The position numbers and the translations under genes are program-made. Of a stretch of 64,000 nucleotides of DNA, positions 55,744 to 64,000 are shown in pieces. The first letter of the stretch is position 1; every line of letters starts with the position of its first letter. The stretch lies in IMG/VR virus record IMGVR_UViG_3300025853_000066, one strand, 5' to 3'. The stretch is from an uncultured virus (IMG/VR IMGVR_UViG_3300025853_000066) (lineage: Duplodnaviria; Heunggongvirae; Uroviricota; Caudoviricetes). Below the pieces are notes generated by a model, which ran no database searches, was not told the DNA's origin, and worked only from the letters and a program-made list of their open reading frames with translations.

Positions 55744-55758
55744 ACCAAGGAGGTTAAT

Positions 55759-55986
55759 ATGGCTAACACTACTTTTTCAGGACCAGTTATTTCAAATAAC
55801 GGTTTTACAGCTACCGCAATTCTTTTTGCAGATTTGCCAACAGCTTCAGAAAATACAGGTCGTATCCTATTTGTATCAGATGCATTAAAAGCTTCTGAAA
55901 CTACAGGTAACGGTACAGGGAACTTAGTTTTCTCTGACGGTTCGAACTGGATTAGAGTAGATACTGGCGCTACTGCTGGTGACTAA
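55759..55986 (+). CDS. small capsid-associated (head fibre-like) protein
   Basis: MANTTFSGPV.S.NGF N-terminus; FSDGSNW.R. Confidence 0.65.
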   Translation: MANTTFSGPVISNNGFTATAILFADLPTASENTGRILFVSDALKASETTGNGTGNLVFSDGSNWIRVDTGATAGD

Positions 55987-55991
55987 TTAAT

Positions 55992-56019
55992 ATAGGGCCT
56001 GTTAAAGGCCCTATTTATT
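55992..56019 (+). terminator. intrinsic terminator
   Basis: atagggcct-gttaa-aggccctat followed by ttatt. Confidence 0.7.
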
Positions 56020-56037
56020 GTATATAGTTGCGATATC

Positions 56038-56505
56038 ATGTCAAGTTATATAGATCAATTTATTTACGATCCAAATAGAGATACTCAAAGAACATTTGAA
56101 GAAGTTCAAGCAGAAATGAAAAGCAATAAAGCTTATTCAACTAAAGAAGAAGAAGTACTAGATGTAGATTTAGAAAATGAAGAAACTAAAAGTGATGATA
56201 AAAAAGTTGATGAAGCATTAGAAAAAGCTGAGAAAAAAACTGATGAAGCAGTATCTCAATTATCAAAATATGCAGATGCTTACAAAAAAATAGCTTCTTC
56301 TTCATCTGCTCAAAAACCAATTACAGGTCAAAATTTAATGGGAACACCTAGTTCAATGGGAGCATTTGGACCAATGAGTGCAGTACAACAATCTACTAGT
56401 CCTTATTTTGCAAGTCAAGGAGTATTATCAACTGCCAAAATGAAAGAACTTGATTCTAAAATAGCAACATTAAGAAAAATTTTACAAGGAGGTGTCAATG
56501 TCTAG
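56038..56505 (+). CDS. hypothetical protein
   Basis: 155-aa ORF in the head-tail region. Confidence 0.55.
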   Translation: MSSYIDQFIYDPNRDTQRTFEEVQAEMKSNKAYSTKEEEVLDVDLENEETKSDDKKVDEALEKAEKKTDEAVSQLSKYADAYKKIASSSSAQKPITGQNLMGTPSSMGAFGPMSAVQQSTSPYFASQGVLSTAKMKELDSKIATLRKILQGGVNV

Positions 56506-56785
56506 TTCAGATATTTTCGCTAAAAGCACTACGACAACAGGAAGTGATGTTACTTTATTTGCTGGCCCAATAAGAATAAAAGGATTTATTGTAACTCCTA
56601 CAGGCACAGCAGGTACTGTTACTTTTAAAGATGGTAGTACTACACTATTCGCATTAAGCACGGCAGCATCAGCAGCATCTGGTCCAGTTCAGATTTCATT
56701 ACCATCTGAAGGTATTAAATGTTCAACTAATGCTACTGTAAATTTAACTGCAGGTGTATCAGCGATAACAGTATTTATGGCGTAA
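56498..56785 (+). CDS. small structural protein
   Basis: Beta-rich; AGGAGG RBS before the ATG at 56498. Confidence 0.6.
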   Translation: MSSSDIFAKSTTTTGSDVTLFAGPIRIKGFIVTPTGTAGTVTFKDGSTTLFALSTAASAASGPVQISLPSEGIKCSTNATVNLTAGVSAITVFMA

Positions 56786-57468
56786 TGGCTACATCAGGTA
56801 CAGCAACTTTTAACTTAACGGTTAATGATGCGATTCAAGAAGCAATGGATCGTATTGGAGGAGAACCCGTTTTAGGTTATGATATACGTTCAGCGAAACG
56901 TAGTCTTAATGTTATGTTTGCTGATTGGGCAAATCGTGGTGTTAATCAGTGGACACTTGAAAAGAAAACTTTAAGTTTAACTTCTGGCACAGTTACTTAC
57001 ACTTTAGATACAGACACTGTCGATATCGTAGATATGTATGTAACGAGAGATAGTACTGATTATAGCGTAGAAAGAATTAGTTTAACTGATTATAACGCTT
57101 ACCCTAATAAAGCAACGGTAGGAAGAGCAACTCAATTTTATTTACAAAAAGATAGAACACCTGAATTATATATTTATCCAGCACCCGATAATTCTACTGA
57201 TGTTATTTCTTATTGGAGAATAAGAAAAATAGAAGATATTACAGCTTTAAGTTCAAGTGGAAATGAACAAGATATTGATATTCCTTTTCGATTTTACGAA
57301 TGTATGGTTGCAGGTTTAGCTTATTATATGGGAATGAAAAGAGCAGGTGTAGATTTAAATAAACTATCATATTTAAAAGCTGAATATGAAACTGCATTTA
57401 CGAGAGCGAAAGATGCAGATTTAAATGAAACATTTAGAATAGTTCCAGGTTACCGAAGTGGCTTTTAA
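56785..57468 (+). CDS. head-tail adaptor (tail tubular A-like)
   Basis: MATSGT..F.L, SAKRSLN..WANRG, IYP.PD, PFRF...MVAGLAYY. Confidence 0.7.
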   Translation: MATSGTATFNLTVNDAIQEAMDRIGGEPVLGYDIRSAKRSLNVMFADWANRGVNQWTLEKKTLSLTSGTVTYTLDTDTVDIVDMYVTRDSTDYSVERISLTDYNAYPNKATVGRATQFYLQKDRTPELYIYPAPDNSTDVISYWRIRKIEDITALSSSGNEQDIDIPFRFYECMVAGLAYYMGMKRAGVDLNKLSYLKAEYETAFTRAKDADLNETFRIVPGYRSGF

Positions 57469-57832
57469 CAAACGTGGACCTAGAAAAGCACCTTCTTTTC
57501 CTTTCGCTAAAGGAAAATATGCTCGAGCAATTTCAGATCGTTCAGGATTAGAATATCCTTATTTAGAAATGGTTCGTGAATGGAACGGACTTTTAGTTCA
57601 TACTAGCGAATATGAATCTAAACAACCACAACTCGATCCAATAGTTTTTAGTGATCCAGAAGCACTAAAGAATGCCAGACCTCAGGCTCCTCTTTCAGCT
57701 ACAGGAGGCGTACCTAATCAATTATCAGTAATCTATCCGGGCACTTTCGGAGACACAGGACAGGAAGTAGGAGTAGCTACCGGAAACCAAATTGGATTGG
57801 AGTTAGGAAATGTCTCAGTCGTCATCAGCTAA
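57458..57832 (+). CDS. conserved structural-module protein
   Basis: A.GKYA.AISDRSG..PY..M..EWNG..VH..E.E.K.PQL motif. Confidence 0.65.
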   Translation: MAFNKRGPRKAPSFPFAKGKYARAISDRSGLEYPYLEMVREWNGLLVHTSEYESKQPQLDPIVFSDPEALKNARPQAPLSATGGVPNQLSVIYPGTFGDTGQEVGVATGNQIGLELGNVSVVIS

Positions 57833-58595
57833 AGATGCATATATAATGCTTTGTACACCATGTTATGGTGGTATGATGCATGAAGCTTATTTTCACAGTG
57901 TCGTAAAATTATTTCAAGAAGCAAGAGATAAAGAATTTAAAATTCATTTAAACACTATGGGAAACGAAAGTTTAATTACAAGAGGAAGAAACACGATGGT
58001 ATCTCAATTTATGGATAATGAACATTGTACTCATTTATTATTTGTAGATTCCGATATCGCTTTCTATCCTGAATTAGTTACTAAATTATTAGAATACGAT
58101 AAAGATGTTGTAACAGCGATTTATCCTCGAAAGACTATTGAATGGAAAAATTTAGAATACTACGTTAAAAAAGGAGATCTAAAAACTATGGAGCAAAAGT
58201 TATTAGGATATAACTTAAACTTTCCTGATCCCTTAAATATAGACGTACAAGACGGATTTGTAGAAGTATTAGATGCCGCTACAGGATTTATGCTTATTAA
58301 AAAAGACGTATTTGTAAAAATGAGAGAAGCGTATCCTGAATTAAAATATACTTCCGATCAGATTATTAATAATAATAAATATTCTAGTGATTGGTGCTAT
58401 GCTTTTTTCGATTGTATGATTGATCCTAAAAGTAATCGATATTTAAGTGAAGATTATACATTCTGTCGTAGATGGCAGCAAATAGGTGGAAAAATATACG
58501 CTGAAATAACATATCCATTAACTCATTACGGAACTTACGGTTTTAGAGGAAATGTATCGCATAAATTTGCAAAAAAAGATAGTATAGACGCATAA
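57810..58595 (+). CDS. GT-A fold glycosyltransferase-like protein
   Basis: TPCYGG, NESLITRGRN, FVDSDI (DxD), ATGFMLI, LSEDY.FC. Confidence 0.75.
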   Translation: MSQSSSAKDAYIMLCTPCYGGMMHEAYFHSVVKLFQEARDKEFKIHLNTMGNESLITRGRNTMVSQFMDNEHCTHLLFVDSDIAFYPELVTKLLEYDKDVVTAIYPRKTIEWKNLEYYVKKGDLKTMEQKLLGYNLNFPDPLNIDVQDGFVEVLDAATGFMLIKKDVFVKMREAYPELKYTSDQIINNNKYSSDWCYAFFDCMIDPKSNRYLSEDYTFCRRWQQIGGKIYAEITYPLTHYGTYGFRGNVSHKFAKKDSIDA

Positions 58596-59248
58596 TGGCA
58601 ACAACTTACGCAGATTTAAAGACAGATATCCAGACTTGGATGCAAAATACAGGAACGGATTTTACTAATCAATTAGATACGTTTATTAATAATACGGAAC
58701 AGCGATTATTAAGAGAAATTGATCCTGAAGCATTTGTCTTTAATAAATTTACTAATTTAACAAGCGGTAATCGTTTTTTAGCTAATCCTAGCGATCTTTT
58801 AATTATAAAAAATCTTTTAATAGAAAACGGTAGTGATAGAATTTTTCTTGAAATGAAAACAGATGAATTTATTTATGAGTATTGGCCGGACGATAGTCAA
58901 ACAGGAGTTCCTAAATATTTCGCTAATTATGATGATGATTCAACTTTACTTGCGCCTACTCCAGATTCAAATTATCGAGTAGAAATGCAGTATGTTGGAA
59001 GAATTGAAACTCTTTCTACAACCAATACAACTAACTGGTTAACAGAAAACGCTGATGACGCACTACTTTACGGTTGTTTATCGGAAGCTTCTATTTTTAC
59101 AAAGAATATGGAAGATTATGCGTTATATGATAAAAGATATCAGGAAATCGTAGCTGGATTGAATAATCAATCAAGAAGGCGCAGACGAACTGACTACAAA
59201 TTCCCTGCTAGCCCTGCTGGCACGGATACCTTGACAGGAAGCCAATAA
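58595..59248 (+). CDS. head-tail connector-like protein
   Basis: TYA.L...I, G.PKY, APTPD, WL..A...LLYG.L.EA. Confidence 0.65.
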   Translation: MATTYADLKTDIQTWMQNTGTDFTNQLDTFINNTEQRLLREIDPEAFVFNKFTNLTSGNRFLANPSDLLIIKNLLIENGSDRIFLEMKTDEFIYEYWPDDSQTGVPKYFANYDDDSTLLAPTPDSNYRVEMQYVGRIETLSTTNTTNWLTENADDALLYGCLSEASIFTKNMEDYALYDKRYQEIVAGLNNQSRRRRRTDYKFPASPAGTDTLTGSQ

Positions 59249-59260
59249 GGAGGTAATACT

Positions 59261-59680
59261 ATGGCAATATCGCAAGCACTCTGTACTGTATTTAAGCAGG
59301 ATTTAATGGACGCAGGACAAGATCTGACTTCAGCAACATTAAAGATAGCTTTATATACTAGTTCAGCAACTTTAGACGGAACAACAACCGCCTATTCTAC
59401 ATCTAATGAAGTAACCGGAACAGGTTACACTGCGGGTGGAGAAACATTAACAAACGTAGTCGTTGCAACAGACGGAACGACAGCTTATCTCGATTGTGAT
59501 AACGTATCATGGTCAAGTGCTACAATTACAGCAAGAGGAGCGTTAATTTATAATAACTCTAACTCTAATTCAGCTATTTGTGTACTCGATTTTACAACTG
59601 ATAAGTCATCTTCAAATGGAACATTTGAGATACAGTTTCCAGCACCTGGTGCTAGTACTGCGTTAATTAGAATTGCTTAA
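59261..59680 (+). CDS. structural (tail) protein
   Basis: FK..L..KIALY..NEV.GTGYTAGG..ITARGALIYN motif. Confidence 0.65.
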   Translation: MAISQALCTVFKQDLMDAGQDLTSATLKIALYTSSATLDGTTTAYSTSNEVTGTGYTAGGETLTNVVVATDGTTAYLDCDNVSWSSATITARGALIYNNSNSNSAICVLDFTTDKSSSNGTFEIQFPAPGASTALIRIA

Positions 59681-60060
59681 TGGCGTTTGTATTAAACGAT
59701 AGAGTAAAGGAAGAAACAACTACAACTGGTACAGGTACCATTTCTTTAGATGGCGCAGTTGATGGTTTCGAATCTTTTGTATCAGGAATAGGCAACAGTA
59801 ATAATACTTACTATGCAATAGTAGGAGGTTCTGAATGGGAAGTAGGAATCGGAACAGTTACTGATGCTACTCCTGATACTTTATCGAGAGATACAATATT
59901 AACTAGTTCTAATTCAGATAATGCTGTTAATTTTAGTGCTGGTACGAAATCTGTATTTTGTACTTTACCTGCTTCAAAAACAGTATACATTGATAGTGAT
60001 GGCAACACTGTAGGAGCGGCCTCCGAAGCATTTGCTATTACAATGGCGGCAAGTTTATAA
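59680..60060 (+). CDS. tail fibre anchor protein
   Basis: DRVKE.TTTTGTG..WEVG.G..VFCT.PA motif. Confidence 0.65.
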   Translation: MAFVLNDRVKEETTTTGTGTISLDGAVDGFESFVSGIGNSNNTYYAIVGGSEWEVGIGTVTDATPDTLSRDTILTSSNSDNAVNFSAGTKSVFCTLPASKTVYIDSDGNTVGAASEAFAITMAASL

Positions 60061-60389
60061 TGGCTAATAATTTTACATTTAATGGGGCAAGCTTAACAGA
60101 TGCTACCCTTACAACTATTTTTACTACAACTAATAAAAAAGTAATTGTAGGATTATTATGTTCTAATACAGGTAGTGCTGCAATTAACGTTTCCGTTAAA
60201 ATTGACCCTGACGGAACAGGTGCTAGTGAACGATTCTTAGTTAAAAATGCAGCTGTACCGCAAAATTCTTCTTTAGAGATAATATCAGGAAAAGTTGTTT
60301 TACCAGCTTCTGGTAAAATAAAAGCACAAAGTTCAGCATCTGGAGGAGATTGCGATATTAATGTTTCTTCAATAGATGGTGTTAGCTAA
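60060..60389 (+). CDS. structural protein
   Basis: MAN.F, beta-rich, GKVVL; coupled ORF. Confidence 0.6.
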   Translation: MANNFTFNGASLTDATLTTIFTTTNKKVIVGLLCSNTGSAAINVSVKIDPDGTGASERFLVKNAAVPQNSSLEIISGKVVLPASGKIKAQSSASGGDCDINVSSIDGVS

Positions 60390-60832
60390 TGGCTTATATC
60401 GGTGCAGCTCCTCGTAATAATTTTGCAAGTTTAACCAGTCAACAGATTACTGGTGATGGTGGTTCTGTTTATACTTTAGATCGTCAAGTCACTGTACCCG
60501 AAGATTTGGCTTTGTTCGTCAATGAGGTGAGGCAGAATCCGAACACTTATACAATTTCCAATAGTGGACTTCAATTAAACTTAGGGGGAAATATCTCTGC
60601 GAGTGATACTTGTTATGTGGTCTACTTACAACAAACTTTAGAATCAGTTGGCCCGACACCAAGCACCGTGCAAGGCACAGCGTGTGCTCCTCAATTCTTT
60701 CAAAACAATCAACAGACTTTTAATGATTTAACTTTACCTGCCAATAGAAATTGCTCACTGGTAGGAACAATAACTGTAGCAGCAGGTAACACTATTACTA
60801 TTCCTGCTACCTCAACCTTGGTGATCATATGA
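60389..60832 (+). CDS. tail adaptor protein (MAYIG-type), paralogue of 154
   Basis: MAYIG..P, V.Q.P..Y and C-terminal TITI..T.VI shared with 154. Confidence 0.6.
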   Translation: MAYIGAAPRNNFASLTSQQITGDGGSVYTLDRQVTVPEDLALFVNEVRQNPNTYTISNSGLQLNLGGNISASDTCYVVYLQQTLESVGPTPSTVQGTACAPQFFQNNQQTFNDLTLPANRNCSLVGTITVAAGNTITIPATSTLVII

Positions 60833-61401
60833 CCAGTATTTTAGAAGTAGAACAACTCGATACGTTAAGCAGTAATGCTTCGAGTACCTTGACGATTGGT
60901 GGAACGAATACCACGACAATTGCTTTTGGTCCCAATGTAACTACGACACCGAGTAGTCTTGCGAATACCCCTGCTTTCAAAGTAGATAAAACAAGCACTC
61001 AATCTATAAGTGATGGTGTTTGGACAAAAGTAACTTTTACTAATGAGTATTATGATACAGATAATGCATTTGCTGATTCAAAATTTACAGTTCCTTCTGC
61101 TAAAGCAGGTAAATATTTTTTTTCTGCTATGTTAAGATGTACGGCTGATAATGGAACAGCAGAATATTACAGTTTAGCTTTTTATAAAAATGGCAATAGA
61201 GAATCAATTACCAATCAATTACAAACAGCGGACAATCAATTAAGAAATTCACATATATTTGCTTCTGCAACTTTTAATTTATCAGTAGGACAATACATAG
61301 AGGTTTATGCAAATTTTGGAGCAAACAATCCCGTTGTTGGAGGTAGTGCGTCTCAAGATATTGCTTCTTTTTTTACAGGATTTAAATTAATAGGAGTATA
61401 A
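60829..61401 (+). CDS. C1q-like domain virion protein
   Basis: TPAF..Q..KV.F..DT..FT.P..AGKY.F..FTGFKL. Confidence 0.65.
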   Translation: MTSILEVEQLDTLSSNASSTLTIGGTNTTTIAFGPNVTTTPSSLANTPAFKVDKTSTQSISDGVWTKVTFTNEYYDTDNAFADSKFTVPSAKAGKYFFSAMLRCTADNGTAEYYSLAFYKNGNRESITNQLQTADNQLRNSHIFASATFNLSVGQYIEVYANFGANNPVVGGSASQDIASFFTGFKLIGV

Positions 61402-61919
61402 TGAGCAACATCTTAGTCAACACCATTAAAGACACAGGCAATAATACGTTGCTCAGTAGTGACGGTTCAGGGTCCGTGACTCTTGGTTCAGGGTTCCCTC
61501 AGAATACTCCTAGTTTTAGAGCTTACGCTAGTTCGAACTTTACTACTGCAAATGGTACAAGAACTATTGTTCCTTTTGACAGTGTAACATTTGATACAGG
61601 AAATTATTTTAACACATCGACTTATCGGTACACACCATTAGTTGCTGGTTATTATAATTTTTTTGCTACAGTTAAAGCTAATTCTGCTACAGATGCAGAA
61701 AATTTCGTTATCTATATTAGAAAAAATGAAACAGAAATTATGGAAGTCACAAGTCCTCAATTATATTATAATTCTGTCAATGGTTCTATTATCACACATT
61801 TAGATGGTGTTGATGATTTTGTAGATGTATATGTCAGACAAGATAGTGGTGGTAATTTAGAATATAACGGATTAGATAAAAAAGTTTATTTTCAAGGGTT
61901 TAGATTAATAGGAGCATAA
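61401..61919 (+). CDS. C1q-like domain virion protein
   Basis: TPSF.A..V.FD..FDT..YTP..AGYY..FQGFRL. Confidence 0.65.
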   Translation: MSNILVNTIKDTGNNTLLSSDGSGSVTLGSGFPQNTPSFRAYASSNFTTANGTRTIVPFDSVTFDTGNYFNTSTYRYTPLVAGYYNFFATVKANSATDAENFVIYIRKNETEIMEVTSPQLYYNSVNGSIITHLDGVDDFVDVYVRQDSGGNLEYNGLDKKVYFQGFRLIGA

Positions 61920-62486
61920 ATGACAAGCAAGATCAAAGTAAACATACTCGCTGACGGTGGAGATAACTCAATCATCACCTCCGATGGTGCGGGAAGCTTT
62001 ACTCCTGCTTCAGGATTAGCGACAGGTGTTCTTGCGATGACTCCTGCTTTTCATGCTTTTTTAAGTTCTACTCAAAGTTTATCAGATGATACTACAACAA
62101 AAGTTCAATGTAATAGTGAATTATATGATACCGATAATTGTTATGACAATTCTACTAACTATCGTTTTACACCAACAGTAGCAGGAAAATATTTTGTTTA
62201 CGGAAGTTGGATGAGTGATAATAGTACCGCCTCTACTCTTCAATATGGTAATGCAAGAATACGAAAGAACGGCTCTGATATACTTTTTCAAGTTTTAGAT
62301 TTTAGAAATAATTATGCTGGATATAGTAACACCTTTGCTGTATCTGGCGTTGTAGATTTTAATGGAACTACCGATTATGTAGAGTTGTATGCTACTATAA
62401 AAATTTCTTCAGGAACGACTGGAATTGGTGGTAATGCAACACATAGTAGAACCGCTTTTGGAGCATACAGGATTATAGGAGCATAG
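61920..62486 (+). CDS. C1q-like domain virion protein
   Basis: TPAF.A..Q..DT..RFTP.VAGKY..DYVE.Y..FGAYRI. Confidence 0.65.
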   Translation: MTSKIKVNILADGGDNSIITSDGAGSFTPASGLATGVLAMTPAFHAFLSSTQSLSDDTTTKVQCNSELYDTDNCYDNSTNYRFTPTVAGKYFVYGSWMSDNSTASTLQYGNARIRKNGSDILFQVLDFRNNYAGYSNTFAVSGVVDFNGTTDYVELYATIKISSGTTGIGGNATHSRTAFGAYRIIGA

Positions 62487-62489
62487 ACC

Positions 62490-63584
62490 ATGGCACTCAC
62501 AACATTACCCACCGCAGCATTCGCCACAGGATCCGTGGGCACTTCACAATTAGCGGATGGTGCAGTGACCACCGAGAAGTTAGTAGCGGATGTCAACTTC
62601 CGTAACCTCATCATCAATGGTGATATGTCTATTGCACAGAGGTCAACCAGCACATCAAGTTACAGTGGAATATCATACAGCACGGTAGATAGATTCAAAA
62701 CAGTTTTTGAATATGGCACCTACACAGTTAGCCAAGAATCTTTGTCTAGTGGTGCCGCCTACAACGCAGGATTTAGAACAGCATTCAAGGCTTTAGTCAC
62801 TTCAACAGCATCTCCAGGAGCAGCAGGAGAACAAGTAACATTTGAGCAAAGAATAGAAGGACTAATGTGCCAAGCACTTAAAAAAGGCACATCAAATGCT
62901 GAAAGTTTAACTTTATCATTTTGGGTAAGGTCATCTAAAACTGGCACTAATCTACAAGTAAATTTAAGAGATAATGATAATGATAGAATCATTGGTGCCA
63001 CATATGATATTAACACAGCAAACACATGGGAAAAGAAAACTTTTACATTCGCTGGAGACACTTCGGGAGCGTTAGACAACGATAATGGTCAATCTCTTAT
63101 ATTAGAATGGTGGTTAGATGGTGGTTCAAATTATTCTGGAGGATCAGTGCCTACCTCATGGCAAGCTAGAAATAATACTGATAGAAATGTAACAAACTTT
63201 GATTTGGCAGGTGGTACAGACGATTGGTGGATCACAGGAGTCCAACTCGAAGTCGGTACATCTGCTAGTAACTTTGAGTTCTTACCTTATGATGTGAATT
63301 TACAGAGGTGTCAAAGATATTTTGAATTTGCTGAAGGTGGATATCAAGGTCCTGTTTATGGAACTGCAACTGACATGAGAGTAAGTGTTCCTTTCAAAGT
63401 TACAAAAAGAGCCAATCCAACTCTTACTAAAATTAGTGGTAATGAAAATTGTTGTAGTTCAGTTACAGTAGTAGTAGCTTCTATAGACGAAACACTAGGT
63501 GCTAGAGTTCAAGGTACAAATGTTTTTTCAGCAGGTGCAGGTAAATATTGGAATGTCAAATTTAGTGCAGACTCGGAGTTATAA
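62490..63584 (+). CDS. tail fibre / carbohydrate-binding-like virion protein, paralogue of 5195
   Basis: NLIINGDMSIAQR..TLSFWV..ITGVQLE..LQRCQRY. Confidence 0.7.
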   Translation: MALTTLPTAAFATGSVGTSQLADGAVTTEKLVADVNFRNLIINGDMSIAQRSTSTSSYSGISYSTVDRFKTVFEYGTYTVSQESLSSGAAYNAGFRTAFKALVTSTASPGAAGEQVTFEQRIEGLMCQALKKGTSNAESLTLSFWVRSSKTGTNLQVNLRDNDNDRIIGATYDINTANTWEKKTFTFAGDTSGALDNDNGQSLILEWWLDGGSNYSGGSVPTSWQARNNTDRNVTNFDLAGGTDDWWITGVQLEVGTSASNFEFLPYDVNLQRCQRYFEFAEGGYQGPVYGTATDMRVSVPFKVTKRANPTLTKISGNENCCSSVTVVVASIDETLGARVQGTNVFSAGAGKYWNVKFSADSEL

Positions 63585-63587
63585 AAA

Positions 63588-63788
63588 ATGATTACACAAG
63601 CAATATATGAAAAAGAAATAATTACACATAAAGACGGAACAGAAGAAGTAATCACTTTAGGAATTAGAGCTATTATAGACGAAGTAGAAATGATAGTTCC
63701 AATTTCTAATGATAACAGACACTATCAAGAAATACTCAAATGGGTAGCTGAAGGAAACACAATTACAGATAATGGAGGCGGTGAATAA
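63588..63788 (+). CDS. small tail fibre partner protein, paralogue of 6295
   Basis: NRHYQEILKWVAEGN motif. Confidence 0.7.
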   Translation: MITQAIYEKEIITHKDGTEEVITLGIRAIIDEVEMIVPISNDNRHYQEILKWVAEGNTITDNGGGE

Positions 63789-64000
63789 ATGCCCTACATC
63801 GGACAAGAACCCTTAACAGGACAATATATTATCTTAGATGATATATCTTCAAGTTTTGACGGAAGCACCGTTACTTTTAATTTAACGAATGGCACGGAGC
63901 CTGTGTACCCTCAAACAGAACAAAATCTAATTGTGAGTATTTCAGGTATTTATCAATACCCTCGAGATGCTTATATGATCTCTTCTAATCAAATTACCTT
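63789..64000 (+). repeat. second, partial copy of the gene at 154 (near-identical to 154-365)
   Basis: 212 nt with five differences by eye, all synonymous third-position changes. Confidence 0.9.

Noticed and set aside
63789..64000. Exact direct terminal repeat
   Set aside because: The copies differ at five sites and have different upstream genes, and the site is mid tail module, far from terS.
1..64000. Prophage, stop-codon recoding, tRNAs, introns or inteins
   Set aside because: No integrase or host genes; core genes are intact and of normal length in the standard code; no cloverleaf recognised in the intergenic gaps (by eye, no scan run).

Overview
The window holds essentially one complete, circularly permuted genome (~63.6 kb) of an AT-rich dsDNA tailed phage, probably a short-tailed aquatic/marine phage of a proteobacterial host (inference). 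The gene starting at 154 recurs at 63789 with only synonymous differences but a different upstream neighbour. Modules: tail/receptor-binding island (59.7-64 kb continuing into 1-8.8 kb); tail and internal virion proteins (8.8-17.3 kb); lysis (17.6-18.4 kb); replication with an embedded nucleotide/DNA-modification cluster (20.1-35.6 kb: SNF2 helicase, primase, DnaQ-like exonuclease, UDP-glucuronate decarboxylase, UvrD-like helicase, SAM methyltransferase, C5 cytosine methyltransferase, MazG-like pyrophosphatase, GT-B glycosyltransferase, dNMP kinase, dCMP-type thymidylate synthase homologue, dCMP deaminase, PolA); small early genes with repeated promoter/RBS cassettes (35.7-46 kb); packaging and head genes (TerS, TerL, portal, GroES, scaffold, major capsid protein). 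Most notable candidates: (1) a possible pentose (xylose) DNA hypermodification pathway; (2) a probable genome-end region where GATC/7-bp repeat patches flank one member of a three-gene paralogue family and the next member is almost free of CA/TG/GC dinucleotides; (3) a predicted pseudoknot RNA after the capsid gene. I saw no integrase, tRNA, CRISPR array or reverse transcriptase. All product calls come from motif recognition by eye; no database searches were run.
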